64,000 nt of DNA from Raja brachyura (taxonomy: Eukaryota), in NCBI GenBank assembly GCA_963514005.1, contig OY740784.1, forward strand, positions 93,992,001 to 94,056,000, in the 5' to 3' direction. The translations under genes and the position numbers were made by a program. Below are positions 48,975 to 61,010 of this stretch, one piece after another (the stretch's first letter is position 1; every line of letters starts with the position of its first letter). Under the pieces are notes generated by a model. The model made no database searches, was not told the origin of the DNA, and saw only the letters and a list, made by a program, of their open reading frames with translations.

Positions 48975-49703
48975 ATCATAAGGTCATAAGTGATAGTAGA
49001 ATTAGGCCATTCAGCCCATCAAATTTATTCCACCATTCAATTATGGCTGATCTATCCTTCCTTTCTAACCACATTCCCGTGCCTTCTCCCCATAACCTCA
49101 GACACCTGTACTAATCAATAAATTATCTATCTCTTCCTTAAAAAATATCCACTGCCTTTCCTCCACAGGCTTCTGTGAATTCCACAGATTCATATTTCTC
49201 TGACTAAAGAAATTTATCCTCATCTCCTTCCTAAAAGAACATCCTTTAATTCTAGGACCTCTAGTCCTAGACTCTCCCACTGGTAGAAATATCCTCTCCA
49301 CATCCACTCTATCCAAGTATTTCTGCATGTTTGAACGAGGTTGCCCCTCATTCTTCAAAGCGAGTGCAGGCCCAGTGCTGACAAACACTCATCATAGGTT
49401 AACCTACTCATTCTTGGGATTATTCTTGTAAACCTCCTCTGGACCCTCTCCAGAGTCAGCACATCCTTCCTCCAATATGGTGCCCAGAATTGTTCAAAAT
49501 ATTTCATATACGGCATTACCAGCACCTTATAGAGCCTCAGCATTACATCCCTGTTTTTGTATACAAGCCCTCTTGAAATTAATGCTATCATTGAGTTTGC
49601 TTTCTTTACTATTGATTCAACTTGCAGATTAACTGTTTGGTGATTCTGCATTAGTGCTCCCAAGTCCCTTTGCACCTCCAATTTCTGGATTCTCTCCCCA
49701 TTT
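48975..49703 (-). mobile_element. CR1 3' region
   Basis: EVQRDLG..KKANSMIALISRG..LERVQRRFTRIIP; ESRTRG. Confidence 0.88.
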
Positions 49704-50221
49704 TCACCAGCTGCAGCACCCTCCAGTTGACGCAGCTGTTATTGCAGCTTACATTGTAGCTCGTGACTGACAGTGCTTTCTGTGGGCCGCCACCATCGAC
49801 AGGATGTGTTCGGTCACTGTGGGATTCCCTCCCCTCTTGCCAGCTGTCGCGGGTTTCTGTCAGCCATTGCTTTTGTCCGCTCTGTTGCTACCCCATCTAC
49901 TGTCGCACTCCCCTCCTTCTCCACTGCAGTTGCTAACATAGCCCACCTTGGGGCACGTCCTGTCAGTGGTGGCAGCTCGAAGAAAGTGCTGTTGGCCAGA
50001 GGCTACACCATGACTGCAACAATAGCGTGTCAACCTGATTATGCGGCAGCTGGTAAAGACAGGCTCGCTGGTGCACTTTGTGGAAGATGTAGGCGACTTG
50101 ACCAGCAATTGCTCTCCACTGCCTCCCTCATTCTCGCTCGCTTTCCACTGTCGCACCAACAGTGGCCAAAACCTGAAGAGCAGCAATCCCAGGCGATGCT
50201 TATATAAGTCAGGGAGTGCCT

Positions 50222-50410
50222 GCATAGGCAATGTACTGCCAGAGGAGATGGATGAGGCACATACTATAACAACATTTAAAGGACAGGTACATGGACAGGA
50301 AAGGTTTATGGGCCAAATGCGGGCAGGTTGGACTAGGTTGAGGGAGCAGTTGGTCAGCATGAGTACGTTGGGCCAAAGGGCCTGGTTTTGAGCTATATGA
50401 CTCCATGACT
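50222..50410 (+). mobile_element. Old CR1 3' tail
   Basis: CR1-like UTR ending TTGGGCCAAAGGGCCTG..TATGACTCCATGACTC. Confidence 0.65.
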
Positions 50411-52257
50411 CCAAAGGTAATGGTGGATAAGAAAACTAGAGTAGAGAAAATGGCATAGACTTTCGAATGCACTCAAAAGGTCCAATACCAAAACAAATGA
50501 TGGATAACAAAGGTTTCATATTTTCAGTTACAGAAATATGCCACTTTGTCATTCGATCAAAGGAGAGTTTGGGGATAGGCTATGGGCCTGATTGTGCCCG
50601 TGCTGTGATTGAAGAATGGAACAGGCAATGATTAGAGGCTGCACCTTGGGTCCTGGTGCAGATTATTGGGAAGAATCAGGTCAATAATTAACCAAGGATC
50701 ATCTTTGAGGAATGCCAGGGACAAGAGGCTATTCAGTGAATGGGAGTGAGATCCGCATCAAGCAGATGTGGGGGTCAGGTGATTGTGAACTTGGGGTTTG
50801 GGAGCAAAATCGGAAATTTGTGGTGGAGTTTATGCATTTGTTGAGGGAGGTCATAGTGGGGGATTATATATAATTGCTTGTACATCTGGCATAGAAATTG
50901 CTTCAGGGTTGTGACTCATGTCTGGTTGAATTTAGGAAGTGACATGAAATGAGCTGACATTTCTCATGACATAGAAGGAGGTAATTAGACCCGTTGATCC
51001 GTGCATCTCTATCCATTTCCTTTCCCTCTTATTCCCTGTAACCTATTTTGCCTCGTGCCCCTCAACAGTTTTTGTTTACTAACCAGCTACACCAGGTGTC
51101 ATTTATGGTAGATATTTTGCCCATCAACCAGCACCATTATGGTTGATATTACGTTTCACTCAGGCAAAATAATCACATTTTAATTGCTTTATGCTGAACA
51201 ATATTGCACCATAGAATGCCTGGACCAATGCTTGTCCAAGAGTTTAATCTTGTGGGCAGGGAAATGGAAGAGAAAATGCTACTTATATTGTGACAAGAAT
51301 CTATGCAGCAAGAATCTGTTATGTTGACCTGGAAATACCTGGAGTAGTCTAAATTCATTTCTTGCAAGCGGGAAACATTGGTACGGCCAGCATTTATTAT
51401 ACATCCCTAACGGCTTGAGACGGTGGTGCTCTTGTCTTGAACCATTGCTATCCATACAGTGAAAGTAGTGCTATCAGAGAGGAAGTTCTAGCATTTGGAC
51501 CCAGTGATAATGAAGAAATGTAGAAATTCATATGATCACGGCTCACTGGAGAGTGGAGATGAGGAGAGCTATTGAAGGTGCCCTGGGCTGTTGCTGCAAT
51601 GGTGGAAGAAATTAACATCCAAGCTGGTGTTTAGAATCTTTATCAATGACCATTTTCTGCTCCGGATGGCATTGGCTGCCGAGTGTATAGGTAGTTCTGC
51701 CATAACTCAATTGTTGCTCTCCTAGGAAACTGCAGTATATACTACAAGGTATGCTCATTATAGCAAATTGTGTTATAAAAGCAATTGTGTCAATCGGGGG
51801 GGGGGGGAAGGATCAGTATTAGGGGCTAGAGTTTCAGACTATCAATAACAAAATGATTATTACCACAGAAGTATTGAAAATTCTTTAAAAAAATAATAAA
51901 TTCATAGCCATAAGTTTATGTTTGTCACCGTTAAAAATGCAAAAGCTGCATGTTACATTGCTTAATAGAGTATCATTGTACAAGTGTCAATAGAAGCAAT
52001 TGCATGTCAATTTTAATATCCAATCTTGGATAAGTTCGCAGATGGGTTCTTAACAGTTAATGACATTGTATTACTTTGGGGATATTACATGGAAACAGTT
52101 TTTCTAGACAGCTTTTTCTGCTTGTCAATTTCCAAAATAACCTTTAAGCAATTTTCTAGTTTCTGGTTAAAACCAATTTGGCCTGTGCAAATTTGATAGC
52201 ATTCTCTAATTCAGAAAAATCATGCTAAATCGAGTTCACGTTCTTGAAGCCTGCATT

Positions 52258-52328
52258 AATGTCACCCATTCCTTCTCTCCAGAGATGCTGCCTGTCCCAC
52301 TGAGTTACTCCAGCATTTAGTTTCTACC
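52258..52328 (+). mobile_element. Penelope pLTR fragment beginning at the predicted hammerhead cleavage triplet
   Basis: GTCACCCATTCCTTCTCTCCAGAGATGCTGCCTGTCCCACTGAGTTACTCCAGC. Confidence 0.7.
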
Positions 52329-52701
52329 GTTAACATAGAACTACCTGTACTTGGTGCTGCACTTATCCAGATAAAGGGAGAGCTCCAACATATTCTTTGT
52401 AGAAAGCAAAATGGAATCACTTAAGGCAGAATACCCAATATCTGATCTATTCTTGAAGTCATAGCATTTATCCAATTGGTCCAGTCGCATTTCTGCTCAA
52501 CTATGATTCTATAATCCAGATGGTAGAGTCTTCAATAAAGTAATTACACTACATCTCAATGAAAGGTCGATAATAATTGCCATTTATTTCCCTCAATTAT
52601 AATTCCCAGCCCAACTCTGAATATTATATAAATCCTACTGTGTGGGACAGATTGTTTCATTATCTGAGCAATTGCAAATGCACACATTGTATTATTAAGG
52701 G

Positions 52702-52793
52702 TTACACAAAAAGCTGGAGAAACTCAGCGGGTGCAGCAGCATCTAAGGAGCGAAGGAGATAGGCGACGTTTCGGGTCGAGACCCTTCTTCAGA
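52702..52793 (-). mobile_element. Penelope mini-insertion with intact hammerhead core (52765-52792) and 12-bp TSD
   Basis: TATTATTAAGGG at 52690-52701 and 52800-52811; core CTGAAGAAGGGTCTCGACCCGAAACGTC. Confidence 0.85.
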
Positions 52794-52807
52794 GCCCTTT
52801 ATTATTA

Positions 52808-53243
52808 AGGGCTTGTTCCATTTAGGCTATTTTTAGGCGACTGCCGGTGGCTGTCATAGTCGTTGCAGGTCGCCGAAAAACCGGCGACTCGACCCCCCTT
52901 CGATACAAAATTTGAAATAGAATGATTACTTTAACAACAACAGAAAAATAAAGTCAGCACCGGCGACAACCTACGTTACCTGGCGACAACCTACGTTAAC
53001 CTGGTGACAACTACAACAGCATCTAGATCAGGAGAGGTCAAGCTATGCTCATTGGCGTCAAACCCACTGTCGCCGATTGTCTCCGAAAAATTTTCAACAT
53101 TGTGAAAATCCAGTGGTGACCAGAAAGACACTACGACTCTTTGGGCGACTGAGGAAACTACTCACGACCATACAGGCGACACCCCGGCAACTATGTGGCG
53201 ACAGCCTAGTCGCCTAAAAAATAGCCGGAGTGGGACAGGCCCT
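52808..53243. mobile_element. PIF/Harbinger-type MITE with TTA TSD
   Basis: TTA|AGGGCTTGTTCCA..GGCTATTTTTAGGCGACT ... AGTCGCCTAAAAAATAGCC..TGGGACAGGCCCT|TTA. Confidence 0.88.
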
Positions 53244-53745
53244 TTAGTATACATCCCCACTTTGAACCTAATGCGAGAAAGTCACGAATGAAGAAGCAAG
53301 GATATTTGGGGCCAGTGCACTGCTCTGGATTACACCTATGTTATGTCCTGGTCCTGAGGTGATTTATCCACAACAACTACAATCATTTATGTGCTCAACT
53401 TCAGCCAGTGGTTAGTTTTTATTCAATTTCCCATTGACAACATTATCATTTGGGCACCTTGATGTCATATCCAATCTCCTGGTTAATGTTTATCCTTCAT
53501 TCAATATCATTAGCATTAATTAATGATCCTTTTCAAATGATATGAAATAGTCACAATATGGTTTCCTCCGTCAATGTCCTGTTCCATAGTTGAATTATTT
53601 CGTTAGAAGTGCTCAGCAAATGTGGCCACCTATGCATGAAACAAAATAGAGTTAATGATTCATGTCTGCGATTTACGTGAAGGGAGCCTGATTTACTGAA
53701 TTCTAGCATGACACTATTTGTAGTATTACAGCCTAGATGGGCTAT

Positions 53746-53887
53746 CTCTCAACATCACCGTCTATATCTCTCGTTTCCCTGATCCCTAACCAGTCTGAAG
53801 AAGGGTCTCGACCCGAAACGTTGCCTATCTCGTTCGCTCCTTAGATGCTGCTGCACCCACTGAGTTTCTCCAGCCTTTTGTGTACCC
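53746..53887 (+). mobile_element. Penelope mini-insertion with hammerhead core (53795-53822) and TSD
   Basis: TGGGCTAT at 53738-53745 and 53888-53895; CTGAAGAAGGGTCTCGACCCGAAACGTT; matches 61011-61150 inverted. Confidence 0.85.
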
Positions 53888-54719
53888 TGGGCTATTTCTT
53901 TAGTTTGTAACGGCTTTGTCTGATTGAAAATTGTAATTTTCTGCAGTAAAGCCTTTCAAGGTCATTTCGGATGACTCCAGAGATTTGACTACACGTCCCG
54001 GTGTGCCAACCTCCCATAGTTTCTTCATTTACTCTACATCAGTAACATTAGGTTCATAAACCTAACCTGCTGCACTGACTCTGAGGAAGATAGATAAGTT
54101 CAAGTGATGTACAATTTAATTAAGCAAATGTACCTATTTAATTATTAATTTAATTCCATTCAAATATATTTAATTCATTTGTGTTTTTATTTTAATATTT
54201 ACATTTTAATGTAATTTTAATATTTTGAACTGCCTGATTAATTTTATATTATTTGAACATTTGACAATATTTGTGAATGCAGAGCCTCTGAGCCATCAAT
54301 CCTGTGGGCAGCTAGGAAGCTTAGCATTGTGACCTAATCAGCAGTCAAACTAAGCTGCACCTGAGCCTTGACCCTTTCAATGGGAAGGACCTGAATGTGC
54401 ACTGATTTACCAATTAGGAACTGGTTTTGGTAACCCAGTTAAGACTGCAGGTAATGAGAAAAAAACATTTATGATCAGGACCATTGGGAAAGAGTGATCA
54501 TAACATGATAAATGTGTACGTAAATTAAAGTGGCTAAATTGACTCTGAAACTTGGGTTTTACATCAGGATGAAGCAATCTATGAAGGCATGAGGCATCAT
54601 TTAGATATGGTAGATTGAGAAACTATATCAAAAGTAACGACAGTAAAGGTAAGACGTTATGTGTTTGCACTCTACTTAGAATAATATTTATATTTTTTTA
54701 ATATGAAGATGTAAAGAAG

Positions 54720-55005
54720 GGAAGCATGGTAGCGTAGCGGTAAAGTTGGTGCCTTACAGCACTAGAGACCTGTGTTCAATCCTGACTTTGGGTGCTGTCC
54801 GTACAGAGTTTGTATGTTGTCCCAGTGACCTGCACGTTTTTCCTCCGGGTGCTCCGGTTTCCTCCTACACTCTGAAGACGTACAGATTTGTGGGCTAATT
54901 TACTTGGTAAAATTGTAAATTGACCCTAGTGTTAGTCGACGGGGTGATCGCTGGTCTTTGCGGTCTTGGTGGACTGAATGGCTTGTTTCCCTAAACTAAA
55001 CTAAA
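54720..55005 (+). mobile_element. V-SINE/HE1-type SINE
   Basis: TGGTAGCGTAGCGG A box, GTTCAATCC B box, CTCCGGGTGCTCCGGTTTCCTCC core, (CTAAA)n tail. Confidence 0.85.
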
Positions 55006-55780
55006 TGTAAAGATAGCTGTCAGTCAAATCCATTTGAGCATATCAGATTTGTTAGGTTGGAAATTGCATGGCCTATCTAAATGCCCTCCAAAATGGCACC
55101 ATGCTTTGGATATTTGGCAATTTCTTTCCAGACCGGAGGTTAGTGATTTTTTTACATTGACATGGATTCCGAACTAGCTTACCCATAGAAGTCGGGGTAG
55201 TGGTGAAAGGAAGTAATTCTGGCTGAAAGTGTGTGAGCCATGTTGTTCCATAGAGACCTGTGTTGGGACCTCAGATAGACACAAAAAACTGGAGTAACTC
55301 AGCGGGACAGGCAACATCTCTGGAGAGAAGGGATGGGTGAAGTTTTGGGTCGAGACCCTTCTTCAGACCCTGTGGTTTGTGACTTGGATGAAAATTTTGA
55401 TGGGTAGATAAGTAACTTTGCAAACGACACAAAATTGGTGGTATTGTGAACGGTGCCAAAGGCTGTTAGGAGAGAGAGCTGGATATAGTTTAATTACAGG
55501 AATGGGTTGAGAGATTGCAGATGGAGTTTTATCTGAGCATGTACGAGGTATTAAACTTGATGAGGAGGTAGAATGTAAGGGTAAAGTGTACAGTTAGCGT
55601 TAAGATCCTTAACAACGTTAATGTACATTGGGATCTTGATGTTCAAGTTCATAACTCCTGAAATTGGCAATACAAGTAGATAGTGGTTATAAAAAAATTA
55701 TGCCTGTCTGTATTGGTCAGGGTATTAGGTAAAAGAGTGAGAATGTCATGTTGCAGCTTTATAAAACTTTAGTTCCACTG

Positions 55781-55858
55781 CTGAAGAAGGGTTTCGACCC
55801 GAAACGATGCCTATTTCCTTTGCTCCTTAGATGCTGCCTCACCAGCATTTTTGTCTAC
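55781..55858 (+). mobile_element. Penelope mini-insertion starting exactly at the hammerhead CUGAAGA
   Basis: Flanked by TTTAGTTCCACTG / TTTAATTCCACTG; core CTGAAGAAGGGTTTCGACCCGAAACGAT. Confidence 0.8.
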
Positions 55859-56179
55859 CTTTAATTCCACTGAACTTGGAGTATTGTGTGCAGTTCTGGT
55901 CACCCCATTGCATGAATAATGTGGAGGCTTTGAGAGGGTGAGAAGATGTTTACTGGGATGCTGCCTGGAGTAGAGTATGTCAATTTATAAAGAGAGATTG
56001 AACAAAGGTGGATTGTTTTCTCTAAAGTGTCAGAGGATGAGGGGTGACCTGATAGAAGTATATACAATTATGAAATAGAAAGATCAAAGACTAGGGCATA
56101 GTTTTGTGAGGGGGAAATATAAGAAGATGTGCAAGGCAAGTTTTTTCACCTAGAGTAGTAACTGGAACACACTGCACAG

Positions 56180-57328
56180 CTCTTCCTTTAACACCATTAT
56201 ACAATCTAAGCTCATCATCACCAAACCCGCCGGACTTGGAGTCAGCACTCATAACTGCAACTAGATTCTCGATTTCCTGACCTACAAACCAAATCGGTGA
56301 GGATAGGGGATAAATCATCCTCTACGATAATCCTCAACACTGGTGTTACAGAAGGATGCGTTCTCAGTCCCCTTCTTTACTCCTTGTATACCCACGACTG
56401 TGCACCTATATACAAACCTAATTCAACGTACACATTCACAGACGACACCACCATTGTGAGCTGGATATCAAATAATGATGAAATTGAGTAAATGAAGGAG
56501 ATTGAGAACCTCGTGACCTGGGTGTCGAGACAACAACCGTTCTCTTGAAGGAGATAGTTATCGACTTCAGGAAGCGAAGCGGTACACATACCCCAGTTTG
56601 CATTGACTGCGCCGAAGTAGAGATGATTGAAAGTTTCAAATTCCTTGGAGTAAATATCACCAACAATTTCTCCTGGACCAATTGAAGCAATTGCCAAGAA
56701 AGCACACCAATGCCTTTACTACATTAGAAGGCTGAGGAGGTTTGGCATGTCCCCAACAACTCTCACCAACTTCTACAGTTGTGCCATGGAAAGCATTTTA
56801 TCGGATGCATCATAGCTTGGTTTGGGAACATCTTCATCCAAGACCGCAAGTAATGCAGAGAATTGTGGATGCAGCCCAGACTATCACACAAACTGACCTT
56901 TCCATTGACTCCATTTCTACCTCATGCTGACTCATCATGGCCAACAGCTTAATTAAGGATGAATCGCATTCTGACCACTCCCTCTTCTCTCCTCTCCCAT
57001 TGGGCAAAGGTACAAGAGTGTGAAGATGCACACCTCCAGATTCAGGGTCAGTTTTTTTCCCAGCTTTATTCAGGCAACTGAACCATCCTACCACAACTAG
57101 AGAGCAGTCCTGAACTTCTATCTACCTCAGTGGAGACCCTCGGACTATCTTTGATCAGACTTTACTGGCTTTATCTTGCACTAAACGTTATTCATGTTAT
57201 TCCCATTATCATGTATCTGCACACTGTGGATTGCTCGATGGTAATCATGTATTGTCTTTCCATTGAGTGGTTAGCATGCAACTAAAGCTTTTCACTGTAC
57301 CTTGGTACACATGACAATAAACCAAATT
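56180..57328 (+). mobile_element. Rex1/Babar-clade LINE 3' portion
   Basis: [32 protein letters not shown]; EIVIDFRK; FKFLGVNI; 3' TTTTCACTGTACCTTGGTACACATGACAATAAA. Confidence 0.88.
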
Positions 57329-57744
57329 TAATTGGTGGTGGAAGCAGAAATGATACAGATACGGGCCATCTATGAGGCTTTTAGATGACGTGTGAATATG
57401 CAGGGAATGGATGTGTATGCAGGCAGAGGGGATTTGTTTAATTTGGCATCATGTTCAGCACAGATATTGTGGCCGAAGGGCCTGTTGCTGAGTTGCACTT
57501 TTCTAGGTTTCCATGTTTAAATTGTTGTGTAAGTGGAGAGGCTTCTGGAACTTCGACATGGTTACAGATGATAACCATGTACATTTCACGCTTTGAGCTG
57601 AAATCTTGACATTACATGGACAACTGTCACCACGACTGGCCCTCTGTAAGAACTGGTTATCACTGGAATATTCTGTTCATGGGCTTCAACTGGAATGTTT
57701 CAGTACAACAACAACACGGGCATCTGTCCAACAGTATAAACAAT

Positions 57745-59616
57745 TGCCAAGTTATATCATGTTAAATCGGAAGTGTCAGTGATGCAGTTGAACAAAGGGG
57801 ACTATGAAGGCATGAGAGAGGAGCTGGCCAAAGTAGACTGAAAAGGGCTCCTAGCAGGAATGGCAGGAATTTCTGGGCATAATCCATAAGACGCAGGATC
57901 ATTTCATTCCAAAAAGGAAGAAAGATTCTAAGGGGAGTAGGAGGCAACCGTGTCTGACAAGATAAGTTAGAGACAGAATAAAACTAAAAGAAAAGATGTA
58001 TAACACAGCAAAGAGTAGCGGGAAGCCAGAGAATTGGGAAACATTCATAGGACAACAGAAGGAAACAATACGGGCAATACGGGCTGAAAAGATGAAGTAC
58101 GAGAGGAAGCTGGCCAGGAATATAAAGAAGGACAGTAAAAGCTTCTGTATGTTAAGATATGTTAAGGGAAAAAGAGTAGCAGAGAAAAATGTGGGTCCCT
58201 TTGAAGGCAGACACGGGTGAAATTATTATGGGTAACAAGGAAATGGCAGAAGAGTTGAACAGGTACTTCGGATCTGTCTTCACTAAGGAAGACTCAAACA
58301 ATGTCAAAGAAGTACTGGAGGACAGAGGATCTAAGGGGGTCGAGGAACTGTAAGAAATTTTCATTAGGCGAGAAATAGTATTGGGTAGGCTAATGGGACT
58401 GAAGGATGATAAGTCCCCTGGACCTGATGTCCTGCATCCCAGGGTTCTTAGGGAGGTGGCTAGAGAGAAAACGGGGAATTACAGACCAGTTAGCCTGACT
58501 TCGGTGTTGACATGGATAGAAAATTGGTTGGCAGACAGGAAGCAAAGAGTAGGAGTGAACGGGTCCTTTTCAGAATGGCAAGCAGTGGCGAGTGGAGTGC
58601 CACAAGGCTCTGTGTTGGGGCCGCAACTGTTTACCATATATATTAATAATTTGGAAGAGGGAATTAGGAGCAACATTAGCAAGTTTGCAGATGACACAAA
58701 GCTGGGTGGCAGTGTGAACTGTGAAGAGTATGTTAGGACATTGCAGGGTGACCTGGACAAGTTGACTGGGTGGGTAGATGTGTGGCAGATGCAGTATAAT
58801 ATAGATAAATGTGAGTTTATCCACTTTGGCGGCAAAAACAAGGGGGCAGATTATTATCTCAATGGGATTAGATTAGGTTAGGTAAGGGAGAGGTGCAGTG
58901 AGACCTGGGTGTCCTTGTACACCAGTCACTGAAAGTTGGCGTGTGGGTACAGCAGGCAGTGAAGAAAGCTAATGGAATGTTGGCCTTCATAACAAGGGGA
59001 TTTCAGTATAGGAGTAAAGAGGTTCTTCTGCAGTTGCTTAGGGCTCTGGTAAGACCACATCTGGAGTATTGTGTACAATTTTGGTATCCTAATTTGAGAC
59101 TGAGGCAGTGATTGAGGTAGTGCAGCTTAGCTTCATGAGATTGATCCCTGGGCCAGTGGGACTGTCATATGGGGAAAGATTGAAAAGACTAGGCTTGTAT
59201 TCACTGGAGTTTAGAAGGATGAGGGGAGATCTTCTGGAAACATATACAATTATAAAAGGACTGGACAAGATAGATGCAGAAAAAATGTTCGCAATGTTGG
59301 GCGAGTCCAGAACCAGGGGCCACAGTCTTAAAATAAAGGGGAGGTCATTTAAGACTGAGGTGAGAACAAACGTTTTCACCCAGAGAGTTGTGAATTTGTG
59401 GAATTCCCTGCCACAGAAGGCAGTGGAGGCCAAATCACTGAATGGATTTACGAGAGAGTTAAATAGAGCTCTAAGGGCTAGTGGAATCAAAGGATATGGG
59501 CAGAAGACAGGCACGGGTTATTGATTAGGGACGATTAGCCATGATCACAATAAATGACGGTGCTGGCTCGAAGGGCCGAATGGCTTCCTCCTGCGCCTAT
59601 TTTCTATGTTTCTATG
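57745..59616 (+). mobile_element. CR1 LINE, 5'-truncated with internal deletions
   Basis: KSPGPDVLHPRVLRE, GNYRPVSLTSV, SGVPQGSVLGP, KFADDTKL, RRMRGDLLETY; TTTCTATG tail. Confidence 0.93.
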
Positions 59617-61010
59617 TGCATAAAGAGCAGGACAAATCCAGTCCAATTTACTGCTCAAACTGTTATCACGTGGAGCTTACTCGCTTAACCTGTCCACCAA
59701 TTTGGATTTTACCAGAAGAACTCTATTCCAGACCTGCCTTGGTCTAAACATGCACCATATAGCTAAATTCTGGAGATGAGATGAGGATAAACTGTGTTTA
59801 ACAACAAGTCAGCATTTTTGCTGAGTATGCCATTAAGTTGCCCTAGTAAATGTGAAATCAATGGGCATTAAAGGGGAAAGTCTAGTTTCCTGTCATCATA
59901 CTTGCATGGAGGCAGATGGTTGTGGTTATTGAAGGGCTATCATAATATCACTGTTCTTCAGGCCAGTGTGCTAGCATGCCCATGTTTTTCATGCTACCCA
60001 GCCACATTTCTCTGAATGTTGGACTATCCTCAGTATTTAGTCCGTCATCTTTATTCATGGAATTGCTAACAGGCATTGTAAATTGTAACAACTTGCTTGT
60101 ACTGAGTGAGGGTGTGCTATTTTAGAAGGCAAAATTTGAATTTGATCTCATTCAAACAAGTGTGGTTCCATTATGGCTAATTGGGAAATAGTTAGGAATG
60201 GTGTAAGATTTTTTGTGGTTTTCCCCAGCTGGATGAGATAAAGTTAGAAAACAGCTTTATTCAATTACATGCCCTCCCCAGCTTAAGAACGCACAACTTA
60301 TGTACAGCCCATATCTACAAACAAACATTTGGGAGATCACAGTTTAGATTTATTACCTGCTGTGGGGATGCAGGCAACTTCTGCCATGTGGGAACTTGGT
60401 TTGAAGCCATTTTGCGATCTGTTCGACTTAAAAACAGTGCACAGGAACAGAACCCTATCTGCATATTTACAGTGGTATTGCATGAATATTGAAGAAGACA
60501 CATAACTCAAGCAGCTACAAGATTACTGGACCTGGAGAATTATGGTTGTCTATTGGTATGCTTTCTGTGAGTCCTGCTCCTTGCCTCTTCTGCTGTGGTG
60601 TCTGCATTGTGCAAAAGTCCTCTACCGTTCTCCAGAGACATGGGATGAAGTACTTGTGCACTTTAAAGGCATAGTTCTGCAGTGCACAGTAGTCGTAGCA
60701 TCTGACTGGGAACTTTCTTTTAATGGCACAAGACTGTCTAAAGCCTTGGAATTAATGCTTGACTGAACAAGTCAATACCAATTCTTTCTGCTTTCAGCAA
60801 CTGCTATGTTAGCATTTTAACTCTAATTATATAATTCCATGAGGCTGCTTCTCAATTTAATAGTGTCTCACAAATTATTTTGGCACTTTTTACCATCTCT
60901 ATTCCATGATTCATAGAAACATAGAAAAATAGGTGCAGGAGTAGGCCATTCGGCCCTTCGAGCCAGCACCTCCATTCAATATGATCATGGCTGATCATTT
61001 AACATCAATA

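Larger units (their letters stand above)
55150..57515 (+). mobile_element. Old CR1 interrupted by two Penelope mini-insertions (55273-55370, 55781-55858) and a Rex1 fragment
   Basis: FANDTKIGG, LEYCVQFWSP, MRGDLIEVY; tail resumes at ~57332. Confidence 0.78.
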
